IMG/VR virus record: IMGVR_UViG_3300027805_000006
Strand: one strand, 5' to 3'
DNA: 64,000 bases
DNA from: a virus
Taxonomy: Duplodnaviria; Caudoviricetes
Below are positions 9,758 to 18,032 of this stretch, one piece after another. The first letter of the stretch is position 1. Each line of letters opens with the position of its first letter. A program made the translations under genes and the position numbers. The notes under the pieces were generated by a model. It saw only the letters and a list, made by a program, of their open reading frames with translations. It made no database searches and had not been told where the DNA came from.

Positions 9758-9860
9758 TTCTAAAGCCTTTCAAGATTACATCTAACCTGTGTTAATACAT
9801 AACTAGATATGTTTCAACTTATAAATTTCTCTGTATATTTATGTCAAACAAGCAAAGAAA

Positions 9861-9883
9861 AAGGGAACTTAATAAGTTCCCTT
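9861..9883 (-). terminator. intrinsic terminator
   Basis: AAGGGAACTT-AAT-AAGTTCCCTT with a T-rich tail on the minus strand. Confidence 0.65.
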
Positions 9884-9926
9884 CTGCGAGCGCTATTTGT
9901 GCGCTAATGCTATAATTCCGCCGCCT

Positions 9927-10616
9927 CTACTGCTTTAAGCAGTAGAAGTAGTTTAAGAAGTCATCATATACCTTGATTGGTTCTCTTGGTTCTTCAAAAA
10001 GTTGAAGAGTTGTCATATCAAGTTTGATTGTTCGTGACCAGTTTGAGCCTCGACTTTTTATCAGGTGATAGGCTTCGATGGTCAGGGCTACCTGGTCAGC
10101 CCACTTTATGAAAAGTTCATAGACCGGCTTTTGATCCGGCATATTAAAACTGCTTCTGATGGCTGTCATCATCTTATCTTCAAGTTGAAGATAGACATTC
10201 CTGAAGGCTTCAGCCATCTTAAGAGGTGTTGGAACATCTACAATGTAGGCTTCAGTAGCATCGTGAAGCAGTGTTTCGAGCAGAAGGTCATTTGGGCAGT
10301 GCTTCTTGAGAAGCGAGTATGCTTCTTCCTGAAGGCTATCATTTGCCCGCTGTGTTATGAACTGGTCAAATGAGGTTTTAAGCCCCTGAGGGGAGACCTT
10401 TGCTTCTGTTGTTGGCAGAAATAGTTTTGTAACTAAGTCTGCCGTGTAGATTGAATGCTGACCAATCGTGTAGGGAATGGCTGATACTGTATGACCGACA
10501 TACCTTGGCATTCGACTTATTGCCCAGGCAATATCCTCGATGCAAATAGTTTTTGGGTCTGGATTTACCAAATCAACGAAGTACCCAGATACAGTTTCAA
10601 TTGCGGTTGCTGACAT
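9927..10616 (-). CDS. HD-domain phosphohydrolase (YfbR-like 5'-deoxynucleotidase)
   Basis: IEDIAWAISRMPRYVGHT...YTIGQHS...LLHDATEAY..DVPTPLK. Confidence 0.85.
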   Translation of the reverse strand: MSATAIETVSGYFVDLVNPDPKTICIEDIAWAISRMPRYVGHTVSAIPYTIGQHSIYTADLVTKLFLPTTEAKVSPQGLKTSFDQFITQRANDSLQEEAYSLLKKHCPNDLLLETLLHDATEAYIVDVPTPLKMAEAFRNVYLQLEDKMMTAIRSSFNMPDQKPVYELFIKWADQVALTIEAYHLIKSRGSNWSRTIKLDMTTLQLFEEPREPIKVYDDFLNYFYCLKQ

Positions 10617-11151
10617 TTTTGATTGCTAGAAAACGAATATCTGTTTTGGCACTTTCACGTGAAGAAGACTTTGAATAGATCGGGAGATCACTTTCAATTG
10701 CATCTTCTTCAACGCTATACTCTACTAAACTAACGCTGGAAAGATTTTTAAAGTCTTGTGCCCAAACGTTGAAAAGTTTCTTCTTTAGAAAGTTTTTCCA
10801 AAGTGCCTGTGAATATTGAGTGTGCAGATTTCCAGAGGCAAGCAGGATGCCATCATCATTAATTGCTGCCTTGTAAAGTTGCTTTGCTAGACCTTTTCCA
10901 CGATGCTCGGGGAAAGTCCAAATTTGATAGACTTCCCAAGCCTTCCAGTTTGGCTTTCGATAAAGATATAGCCAAGAAATTGGCTCTTTGTTTTCATCAA
11001 GAACGAAATAGATCTTATAACTCTTTCCCGAGTTTATAAGTTGAACTTTATTCTTTAACTTGATTGATTTTAACCGTTTAATTCGGTTGCAAACATAATG
11101 GTACATTGACGTCCAATGAGGACGAGTAACTGCATTTCTTAATACTAGCAT
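10597..11151 (-). CDS. GNAT-family acetyltransferase
   Basis: acetyl-CoA-binding motif A (FPEHRGKGLAKQLY). Confidence 0.7.
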   Translation of the reverse strand: MLVLRNAVTRPHWTSMYHYVCNRIKRLKSIKLKNKVQLINSGKSYKIYFVLDENKEPISWLYLYRKPNWKAWEVYQIWTFPEHRGKGLAKQLYKAAINDDGILLASGNLHTQYSQALWKNFLKKKLFNVWAQDFKNLSSVSLVEYSVEEDAIESDLPIYSKSSSRESAKTDIRFLAIKNVSNRN

Positions 11152-11159
11152 TTCTCAAT

Positions 11160-11180
11160 GGGAGGGGATTATCCCCTCCC
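11160..11180 (-). terminator. terminator-like hairpin after hsp20
   Basis: GGGAGGGGA-TTA-TCCCCTCCC. Confidence 0.55.
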
Positions 11181-11194
11181 GTGTGTTTAAAGCC

Positions 11195-11641
11195 TTACTT
11201 GACTGAAATCAGAAGAGGCTTATCCTCTTCACGTTCAACCACCTCAAGCGCAATAGACAAAAGCCCATCTTGCATTTCTGCTGATTTTACCACAACATTG
11301 TCTGCTACAGTAAAGTTTCGGATGAATGAGCGCTTCGCAATTCCAATTCTTACGAGTTCACGACCATCAGGCTGCGGATAGTCTTCTTGACTACCTTCGG
11401 AAGAAATTGATAGAACATTATTCTTACGATCATGGGAGATCTTAATGTCTTCCTTTCGATAACCTGCAAGAGCTATTTCGATGGTATATCCATCCTTTTC
11501 CTTGAATAGGTTAAATGGAGGAAATCCATTTACTTGGTGCGTGGAATGGTTGGTTTCAAGCAGCCTTTCAATATCGCTGAAAAGGCGGTCAAAACCTAGG
11601 AAAGAAGTTTCAAGGGGCTTGTAAAAAGCAACACGGTTCAT
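11195..11641 (-). CDS. hsp20: small heat-shock protein (Hsp20/IbpA family)
   Basis: FPPFNL, IEIALAGY, GIAKRSFIRNF, AEMQDGLLSI; start at MNRVAF behind AAGGAG. Confidence 0.93.
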   Translation of the reverse strand: MNRVAFYKPLETSFLGFDRLFSDIERLLETNHSTHQVNGFPPFNLFKEKDGYTIEIALAGYRKEDIKISHDRKNNVLSISSEGSQEDYPQPDGRELVRIGIAKRSFIRNFTVADNVVVKSAEMQDGLLSIALEVVEREEDKPLLISVK

Positions 11642-11726
11642 AGTCATCTCCTTCAATAGAAGCAAGTTGATAAAAAGGGTTCCTAACGGCAACCCACTAA
11701 ATTGAAGACCCGTATGGCATCTTCAA
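11642..11726 (-). promoter_or_regulatory. ROSE-like RNA thermometer leader
   Basis: two hairpins, then CUUGCUU pairing with the AAGGAG Shine-Dalgarno with a bulged G (ROSE UYGCU hallmark). Confidence 0.6.
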
Positions 11727-11736
11727 ATCTTATATA

Positions 11737-11940
11737 TTAATTTTCAGAAAATTCCTGCATCCACTTTTCAGGATATTCACCAGTATCAATAAACTTTACC
11801 TCTTCTTCTGTGAGGTCTGGGGCAAGTTTGGCTAAGTCTGCTCCCATGTTCCATGCAGCGAGTTGCTGCCGAGTCACGGCTATTTCCCGTGCATTTATGC
11901 TACCAGTTTTTAAGCAGCGTCTAATAACTTTCATGAGCAT
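11737..11940 (-). CDS. hypothetical protein
   Basis: 67-aa ORF in operon context. Confidence 0.6.
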   Translation of the reverse strand: MLMKVIRRCLKTGSINAREIAVTRQQLAAWNMGADLAKLAPDLTEEEVKFIDTGEYPEKWMQEFSEN

Positions 11941-11946
11941 CTTTCA

Positions 11947-12363
11947 TCAATTTCTACGACGAGTCGCACCGCTTTGGATATCCTTTAACGCTTCTTCAGT
12001 AATAAGTTGCGACCCACCTTTATTATATAGCGGCGCCGATATGAACTTACGATCTCGTGCCCGCAATTCGCGCTCAAGCATCTCAGGATTTTCACGATAG
12101 GTATGTTCAGGTCTAATAACAGACTTTGTACCACCGCCCTTGAATGCATCAAATGATTTCTTGATAAATGCACTTGATACCCCTGCCGAAGATGTTGTCT
12201 TTTCAGGCGCCTTCACTACTTTGGTACGATTCTTGCTGCTAAAATTGGTACTCATGGAGTTTATATTATTAAGCCACTGCTGATATTCTTGTGCCTTCTT
12301 TTGCCAACCTGGCTTGTTCTTTGTTTTAGAGCGTTGATGTGTGTAAATGATAGCCATATTCAC
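11947..12363 (-). CDS. basic hypothetical phage protein
   Basis: 138-aa ORF with GAGGTG RBS; APLYNKGG motif. Confidence 0.6.
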   Translation of the reverse strand: MNMAIIYTHQRSKTKNKPGWQKKAQEYQQWLNNINSMSTNFSSKNRTKVVKAPEKTTSSAGVSSAFIKKSFDAFKGGGTKSVIRPEHTYRENPEMLERELRARDRKFISAPLYNKGGSQLITEEALKDIQSGATRRRN

Positions 12364-12507
12364 CTCGTAGATGAAATAATAACCTTTTTAGGCTCGAGAG
12401 TACACCGTCAAATACAGGTTAGATGTATGGATTGTTCTTCTTAACAATCTTCCAGAAGCAAAAAAACACTGCTGGAAGTAAAACTAGAATAAACAGAAAA
12501 AATGCAA

Positions 12508-13545
12508 TCATCTAATTATTAGATATGCTATTACAAGAACACACAATACTTCAGCCAGAAAGTAGATAAACTTCTTATTTTTTACGGCAGTATCAAATAA
12601 TGTATTTTGCACCGGCTCAGGCTCTTCAGGTGGTGGAGATACGTCATCACTTATCTGTGCGGGAGCAGTGGATGGTGCAGACCATGTTCCAGGCGCAGGT
12701 GCTTCTGTTAGAGTACCTGCGTTAAACCCCCATGGCTTCAAGAATGATTGGTCATATAGTGAAGGATGTCCATCAAGTTGAGGACGCTGTGTAAAACCGT
12801 TCGCAGCCATAAACTTATTCATATATGTTGCAACATCACGATAAGAAGAAAGACCAAGAGATAGGGACTTTAACAGTGAATATGTAGCGGCGCCCTGAAA
12901 CTGGTTATTAATGAATGCATCTGCTGATGTTTGGTGTGACTGGCAACCAGAGATTAGAAGAGCAGAACGATTTACGTCGCGTGATGTCTTAAATTCTCTG
13001 ACTTGCAGTTTATTTTCTGTAATTTCAGTTTGGATGTATTCTGGCATTGGAAGAAATCGATTTCCCTGCTTTTGACTAGATTCAACAAGCGGCGCAGTAA
13101 TTTCACGCGTTAACTCAAGAGAATCTTCTTGATCTAGTGCATTTCCGGAGTGGCAGCAATCTAGGACAACTGTAACGTTTACTCCATTTGGCACTTTATT
13201 AAATACCTGCTTCATGTAATCGTCTGTCACTACATTATCACGCCAATCTAAGTCAATAGGACAGATAATTTCGTCCAGACCGTCTGGCTCTACTGTTGAG
13301 CGCATTTGGGATCCATGACCAGAGAAGTGGAAAAAAATAACATCTCCCGGAATAGCACCTGTTACGAGCCATTCAAGACCCCTCTTGATTCCAGCAGCAG
13401 TTGCATCCTTTTCTAGGATGACTTTAATTTCATCAAAACCTTCTTTTGATAGAAGATTTTGTACATTATTCACGTCATTTATGCAACCACGCAGATCATT
13501 TCCAGTGCCTGCATAGTTTATTCCAACCAAAAGTGCCTTTTTCAT
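12508..13545 (-). CDS. caspase-family (C14, metacaspase-like) protease with C-terminal TM anchor
   Basis: KKALLVGINY..LRGCINDV, FHFSGHG (catalytic His), LDCCHSG (catalytic Cys), GCQSHQTSAD; Pro-rich linker then a hydrophobic C-terminus. Confidence 0.9.
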   Translation of the reverse strand: MKKALLVGINYAGTGNDLRGCINDVNNVQNLLSKEGFDEIKVILEKDATAAGIKRGLEWLVTGAIPGDVIFFHFSGHGSQMRSTVEPDGLDEIICPIDLDWRDNVVTDDYMKQVFNKVPNGVNVTVVLDCCHSGNALDQEDSLELTREITAPLVESSQKQGNRFLPMPEYIQTEITENKLQVREFKTSRDVNRSALLISGCQSHQTSADAFINNQFQGAATYSLLKSLSLGLSSYRDVATYMNKFMAANGFTQRPQLDGHPSLYDQSFLKPWGFNAGTLTEAPAPGTWSAPSTAPAQISDDVSPPPEEPEPVQNTLFDTAVKNKKFIYFLAEVLCVLVIAYLIIR

Positions 13546-13632
13546 TTTCTGTCTCCAGCATATTCAACCTGCTTTATTTACAGGTTGAGTGACCGGAGAC
13601 AGATTAAATGTTTGGCACTCTATTGGATTATG

Positions 13633-13827
13633 TTACGTGCCTTCAGCCTCTTTCTGCTTCTTGTTGCCTCGCATAAATGCTCCGTAAGTTGTAAATTTCT
13701 GCCACCAAGCATTCTTCTTTTCATGCTTAGGTGTGGTCTTTGCTGGACCAGCACCTCCGCCTTGACGCATCTTGGACATTTCCTTCCGGCGGGCGATGTT
13801 GCGGGCATTCTTTGATTGGCGTGACAT
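13633..13827 (-). CDS. small basic hypothetical protein
   Basis: 64-aa ORF with AAGGA RBS. Confidence 0.55.
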   Translation of the reverse strand: MSRQSKNARNIARRKEMSKMRQGGGAGPAKTTPKHEKKNAWWQKFTTYGAFMRGNKKQKEAEGT

Positions 13828-13850
13828 ATAGTTCCTTTCTATTACGGGTG

Positions 13851-14963
13851 TTAAACATTAACTTGATTGACTAGAATATGCTTGATTGTGCTCAAGCGAT
13901 ACTTATTGATTTTCTTTTTTATTTTTTCACCATCATCATTATCAACTAGTTCTCGTGGAACTGATTGAAGCGCAGAATTTATTTGCTTAAGGGTGGTGCT
14001 GCTCACACACATACTATTACCAGCAAGTTCTTGAATCTTTACCAGCATAATTAATTCACCTAGGTGATAGTTTTTATGCTCAAATGCTCTAGCAGATGAG
14101 AGTACATTCAGTAGTTTGACAGGAGTAATTTTCTTTGCATCCTTCAGTTTGCAGAAGGCAGAATGAAGATTCTTAGATGCAAATGTGTGCAGACTCTTTG
14201 AGTCTTCTGGACAAATAGACATGGTAAAATAAATTACCTTTGATGATTCCATGTAATATTCACATACTTGATTTACGGCGCTTGCAACATCAACAAGACG
14301 AAGAATATCACTCTTCTTTTTAATAAGACCAGAGAAAAACTTTGAGTGCGAAAAAACACCAAGATCCTTTAAACACTTGATAAAAATATTGAAATTAGGC
14401 TCTTCAACAGTTTTTGCAAGTATTAGCCAGAAGCGAACATACTGAAGTTCGTCAAGCATCTTTTGCTTTACCATCTTTTTACACAACTTGAAAGTTTTTG
14501 TATGGATAGTAAAACCAAATTGGCTAAGTCTAGCATACAGATTCGCCACACGAATTACACGCAGGGCATCTTCTGAAAAAGCACTAGACGTGTGGCGTAG
14601 CACTTTGTCTTCAATGTCTCTCTTACCGCCAAATGGATCAATGACTTCACCTGTAGAGAGGTCTTTAGCCATGCTATTGATAGTTAAATCTCTGCGTCTA
14701 AGGTCATCAACGAGTGAAATTTTTGAATCAGCATCTACAGTAAATCCAGAATATCCTTTTCCAGATTTTACCTCAGTACGTGCGAGAGCATACTGCTCAT
14801 ATGTTTCTGGGTGAATAAAAATTGGAAATGAAAGACCTACCTTTTCAAATCCTTGTGCTAGCATTTCTTCTTCTGAAGAACCTACAACTACGTAGTCTCT
14901 ATCCTTCGGCTCAATGCCAAGAATTTCGTCTCTTACTGCCCCGCCGACCAAATAAATCTGCAT
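13851..14963 (-). CDS. cca: tRNA nucleotidyltransferase (CCA-adding enzyme)
   Basis: YLVGGAVRD..DRDYVV, ALARTE..GY.GF loop, DLRRRDLTINSMA, EDALR. Confidence 0.9.
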   Translation of the reverse strand: MQIYLVGGAVRDEILGIEPKDRDYVVVGSSEEEMLAQGFEKVGLSFPIFIHPETYEQYALARTEVKSGKGYSGFTVDADSKISLVDDLRRRDLTINSMAKDLSTGEVIDPFGGKRDIEDKVLRHTSSAFSEDALRVIRVANLYARLSQFGFTIHTKTFKLCKKMVKQKMLDELQYVRFWLILAKTVEEPNFNIFIKCLKDLGVFSHSKFFSGLIKKKSDILRLVDVASAVNQVCEYYMESSKVIYFTMSICPEDSKSLHTFASKNLHSAFCKLKDAKKITPVKLLNVLSSARAFEHKNYHLGELIMLVKIQELAGNSMCVSSTTLKQINSALQSVPRELVDNDDGEKIKKKINKYRLSTIKHILVNQVNV

Positions 14964-14968
14964 TCAGA

Positions 14969-15397
14969 TTACCATGCCAGCAGTTGTTGTACATCCACAT
15001 TGAATGAAATATAGTCCTTACCCTGCAAACTCAATTTTGCATTTGTGAGTGTATCCTTGGCAATTTCTTGTTCCTTTAGCAACTGCTCTATGTTAATCTG
15101 CAGGTTCATGTCAGTGATGGCATGTCCTGTTACTTCAGAATTATAGTTGTCTAGAAAAATTCTAAAGACCGCTATAATTTCACAAGCATCATCGCTAAAA
15201 GCCTCAAACTCAAGGTCATAGCACGTGATCCTGCATGTAATGGGATAAACGCACTGACCGTACTTTCCATTGCCATCCTCACCAAAAAAGGTAAGTGACT
15301 TGCCATAAAACGCCCTGTCTAGCAGTACTAGACATTCATCCTTGACGTAATCAGCAGTTCCCTTCATCGGAACATCTCTTCCCCGGCTTCTTTCCAA
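14969..15397 (-). CDS. hypothetical protein
   Basis: ORF abutting cca; start uncertain (MKGTADY is likely). Confidence 0.6.
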   Translation of the reverse strand: MERSRGRDVPMKGTADYVKDECLVLLDRAFYGKSLTFFGEDGNGKYGQCVYPITCRITCYDLEFEAFSDDACEIIAVFRIFLDNYNSEVTGHAITDMNLQINIEQLLKEQEIAKDTLTNAKLSLQGKDYISFNVDVQQLLAW

Positions 15398-15554
15398 CGC
15401 ACCTGAGCCAACTTGCGCTTTCGCGTATCCCGCTTGTCATGCTCTCCTGCTTTCCTAAGCATAGAAGGAACAACAAAAGGGTTACGCGGCTTACGAGTAC
15501 GAACAGTAATCTTTTCCATTTTAGAAAGTCACAGAAAGTTGTTTAGATGATGGT

Positions 15555-15583
15555 ATTATACACTGCGGCTGGTAAATGTACAC
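15555..15583 (-). promoter_or_regulatory. early-type promoter GTGTAC-N17-TATAAT
   Basis: read on the minus strand; resembles the T4 early consensus GTTTAC-N17-TATAAT. Confidence 0.6.
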
Positions 15584-15593
15584 TAAAAGTGTG

Positions 15594-15815
15594 TTATAAA
15601 TGTAACAGTTCAGGAGAAATATCTACATCTATTTCCCACCGTGTATTTTCCATATCAAGGTTAACGCTTTTAATTTTGGCGCCGGGATACTTTTTAGAAA
15701 CAAAATTTACTATTCTGCTCTTCTCAGTTGGCACCATTACTAGTTGTTTTTCTAGCAGCAAATGGTCGGCAATAATTTCTTCCTGCTCAATTGAGCATTC
15801 CAAAAACTGCATCAT
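15594..15815 (-). CDS. hypothetical protein
   Basis: 73-aa ORF overlapping the upstream stop. Confidence 0.5.
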   Translation of the reverse strand: MMQFLECSIEQEEIIADHLLLEKQLVMVPTEKSRIVNFVSKKYPGAKIKSVNLDMENTRWEIDVDISPELLHL

Positions 15816-16045
15816 AGTTTATTTTGGTCCCTCAAAATCTGTATCTTGTCATAGATTGAAAGTAGATCTCTTGATGCCTGATTTACTTGAGAAACTTGTG
15901 ACACGACTGGAATATGACCTAAGTCCCTAAAATCTTCTAGAAGTGAATTCAAGTCAATTATGCTTTTCTGCATTTTGCCTAAGGTCTTTGCAAACTTGTC
16001 ATCAAGTTGAATTCCGCGGTGTAGTTTCTTATCTCTTTCATCCAT
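15812..16045 (-). CDS. hypothetical protein
   Basis: 77-aa ORF, operon-coupled. Confidence 0.55.
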   Translation of the reverse strand: MDERDKKLHRGIQLDDKFAKTLGKMQKSIIDLNSLLEDFRDLGHIPVVSQVSQVNQASRDLLSIYDKIQILRDQNKL

Positions 16046-16047
16046 TT

Positions 16048-16419
16048 TTATTCTCCGTCTGAAATACTATTTATTTTGCAGGATCGCGTCAGGCACTTTC
16101 CGCCACTTAGAACTACAAAGTTACTCGTATAAATTGGTTCTCCGTCTAACATAAAACAATTATTCTTGTAAGGATTATACTTTACTTCGGTGAGTGGCTG
16201 ACCAGAAATATCAATATCTGCCTTCAATACGTCACGTGCAACTGCAAATGCATGCACATTTTTTACATTTTCAGAAATTACACGTTGCCTTCCCTTTTCA
16301 TTTACCACAAATTTCACACCGAAAAGGACAGCTTCCTGTACTCGGTCAATTACTTTTCCTCGATACCTAACACTAAATCCCTTTGTTCTTAGATTTCTAT
16401 ATATGAAATAGTTTGCCAT
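16048..16419 (-). CDS. hypothetical phage protein
   Basis: 123-aa ORF with AAGGG RBS. Confidence 0.6.
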   Translation of the reverse strand: MANYFIYRNLRTKGFSVRYRGKVIDRVQEAVLFGVKFVVNEKGRQRVISENVKNVHAFAVARDVLKADIDISGQPLTEVKYNPYKNNCFMLDGEPIYTSNFVVLSGGKCLTRSCKINSISDGE

Positions 16420-16482
16420 TTTTATCCCTTTTGATGTATTTTACACATTTTTTGCTTATCTTAATCTAAATAGATTGGTTGA

Positions 16483-17544
16483 ATGGAGACCCATATGTCA
16501 AAAAGCATCTTTTTGCTCAAAAGAAGAGACGATTACAATCAGGATCCCAGTTATAGCGGATCATATCAGATTGCCACTGGTATGTGGAATTCTGCCAACT
16601 TTGTCAGCGAAATGCTGGTAGAAAATAATCGAGATTCATTTGTGGAGATGGTAATTGACTCTAATGCAATTGATGCATCAGTTACATCATATAACCCAAA
16701 CTTTGTTTTTATTGAGGGGCTGTGGGTTACACCAGCAAAGATGCTTGAATTGATTTCAATTCCACGTCACTCTACTCGCACCTGGGTAGTACGAATCCAC
16801 TCTGAGATTCCATTTCTTTCAACAGAAGGAATTGCAATGGAGTGGATTGCAGAATATCTAAGACTTGGGATTGTTGTTGCACCAAATGCTCCTAGGGCTC
16901 ATCAGCAGTTGAAGTGGTTTGCGGAAAGACTGGGTCTTTCCTCTTTGCAAGTAGAACAGCAGGTAGTCTACCTACCAAATTCATATCCAACAGATTTTGA
17001 CCCTATTTCTGGTCTCAATACCTCTTCAAAGTCACACATCGACGTTGCATGCTTTGGTGCATTTAGACCACTTAAGAATCACCTTCAGCAGGTCTTTATC
17101 GCTAGTAGATTTGCTGATTCCATTGGAAAGCCACTAAGATTCCATGTCAATAATCGACTCGACAGTGGCGGGTCACCTATCTCAAAGAACGTCAAAGAGA
17201 CAGTTGAGGAAATGGGTCACATAGTCGTAGAACATCCATGGGAAGATAGAAGTACCTTTCTGCAGAGCCTAAGAGATTGTGACCTTCTACTTCAAGTATC
17301 AATGTCAGAAACGTTTAACATTGTGGCTGCAGATGCTACCTATGTCGGGCGCCCCATACTTGTTTCAAATGAGATTCCTTGGGTACATCCACTATTTGCA
17401 GACCCACAGAATGTAGATAAGTCTTTGAAGGCACTAGAAGCCATCTGGTCAAACAAGTCATACTATGTGCAAAACAACCGAAGAGGTCTGCAGAAGTACG
17501 TAACATCAAGCAAAGTTGTCTGGACAAACTACATCCCACAGTAA
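16483..17544 (+). CDS. glycosyltransferase-like protein (GT-B/GT4-like)
   Basis: C-terminal DLLLQVSMSETFNIVAADA..GRPIL resembles the GT4 nucleotide-sugar motif; CTAAATA upstream. Confidence 0.55.
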   Translation: METHMSKSIFLLKRRDDYNQDPSYSGSYQIATGMWNSANFVSEMLVENNRDSFVEMVIDSNAIDASVTSYNPNFVFIEGLWVTPAKMLELISIPRHSTRTWVVRIHSEIPFLSTEGIAMEWIAEYLRLGIVVAPNAPRAHQQLKWFAERLGLSSLQVEQQVVYLPNSYPTDFDPISGLNTSSKSHIDVACFGAFRPLKNHLQQVFIASRFADSIGKPLRFHVNNRLDSGGSPISKNVKETVEEMGHIVVEHPWEDRSTFLQSLRDCDLLLQVSMSETFNIVAADATYVGRPILVSNEIPWVHPLFADPQNVDKSLKALEAIWSNKSYYVQNNRRGLQKYVTSSKVVWTNYIPQ

Positions 17545-17548
17545 AAAT

Positions 17549-17572
17549 AAAGGGCTCTTTAAGAGCCCTTTT
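17549..17572. terminator. bidirectional intrinsic terminator
   Basis: AAGGGCTCT-TTA-AGAGCCCTT with A and T tails, between convergent genes. Confidence 0.75.
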
Positions 17573-17588
17573 CGTTATTGTTAAAAGA

Positions 17589-17843
17589 TTAGCGAATAAC
17601 CTTCAACTTTGGATCAAGGTGCGAGAGGGCAAAATTTCCCATTCCAAGCACCAACTGGCGGATGCTGTTGGAGCCCATAATCATTGCCATTGCCTTTCGC
17701 ACATTTTCGGGGCGGGCACCTTCAGTTGCATTCACACGGTCAATTGCCATACCCTTGGCAACCATAAGATTGGCGGCCTTTTCAATCTGACCCATAAAAG
17801 CAAAATCAAAGAAACCAGTTCCACGATCAACAGCCATTTTCAC
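17589..17843 (-). CDS. hypothetical protein
   Basis: 84-aa ORF with AAGGAG RBS and an upstream promoter-like motif. Confidence 0.65.
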   Translation of the reverse strand: MKMAVDRGTGFFDFAFMGQIEKAANLMVAKGMAIDRVNATEGARPENVRKAMAMIMGSNSIRQLVLGMGNFALSHLDPKLKVIR

Positions 17844-17957
17844 TTCTCCTTTAGCGTGTCTAGTTATTTAGACAACTTTTATATCTTAACACCATCTAGA
17901 TTAAATGTACACCGCCAAATTGTAACAAATTGTATCATTAATGTTACACGGTGTAAT

Positions 17958-18032
17958 ACTAAGTAACATTTATGTTACTTTTACTAAGTAACATTTATGT
18001 TACTTTTACTAAGTAACATTTATGTTACTTTT
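17958..18032. repeat. three perfect tandem copies of a 25-bp palindromic unit
   Basis: ACTAAGTAACATTTATGTTACTTTT x3; core AAGTAACAT-TT-ATGTTACTT. Confidence 0.95.

Noticed and set aside
17958-18032. CRISPR array
   Set aside because: The palindromic 25-bp units are directly adjacent with no spacers, and no cas genes are present
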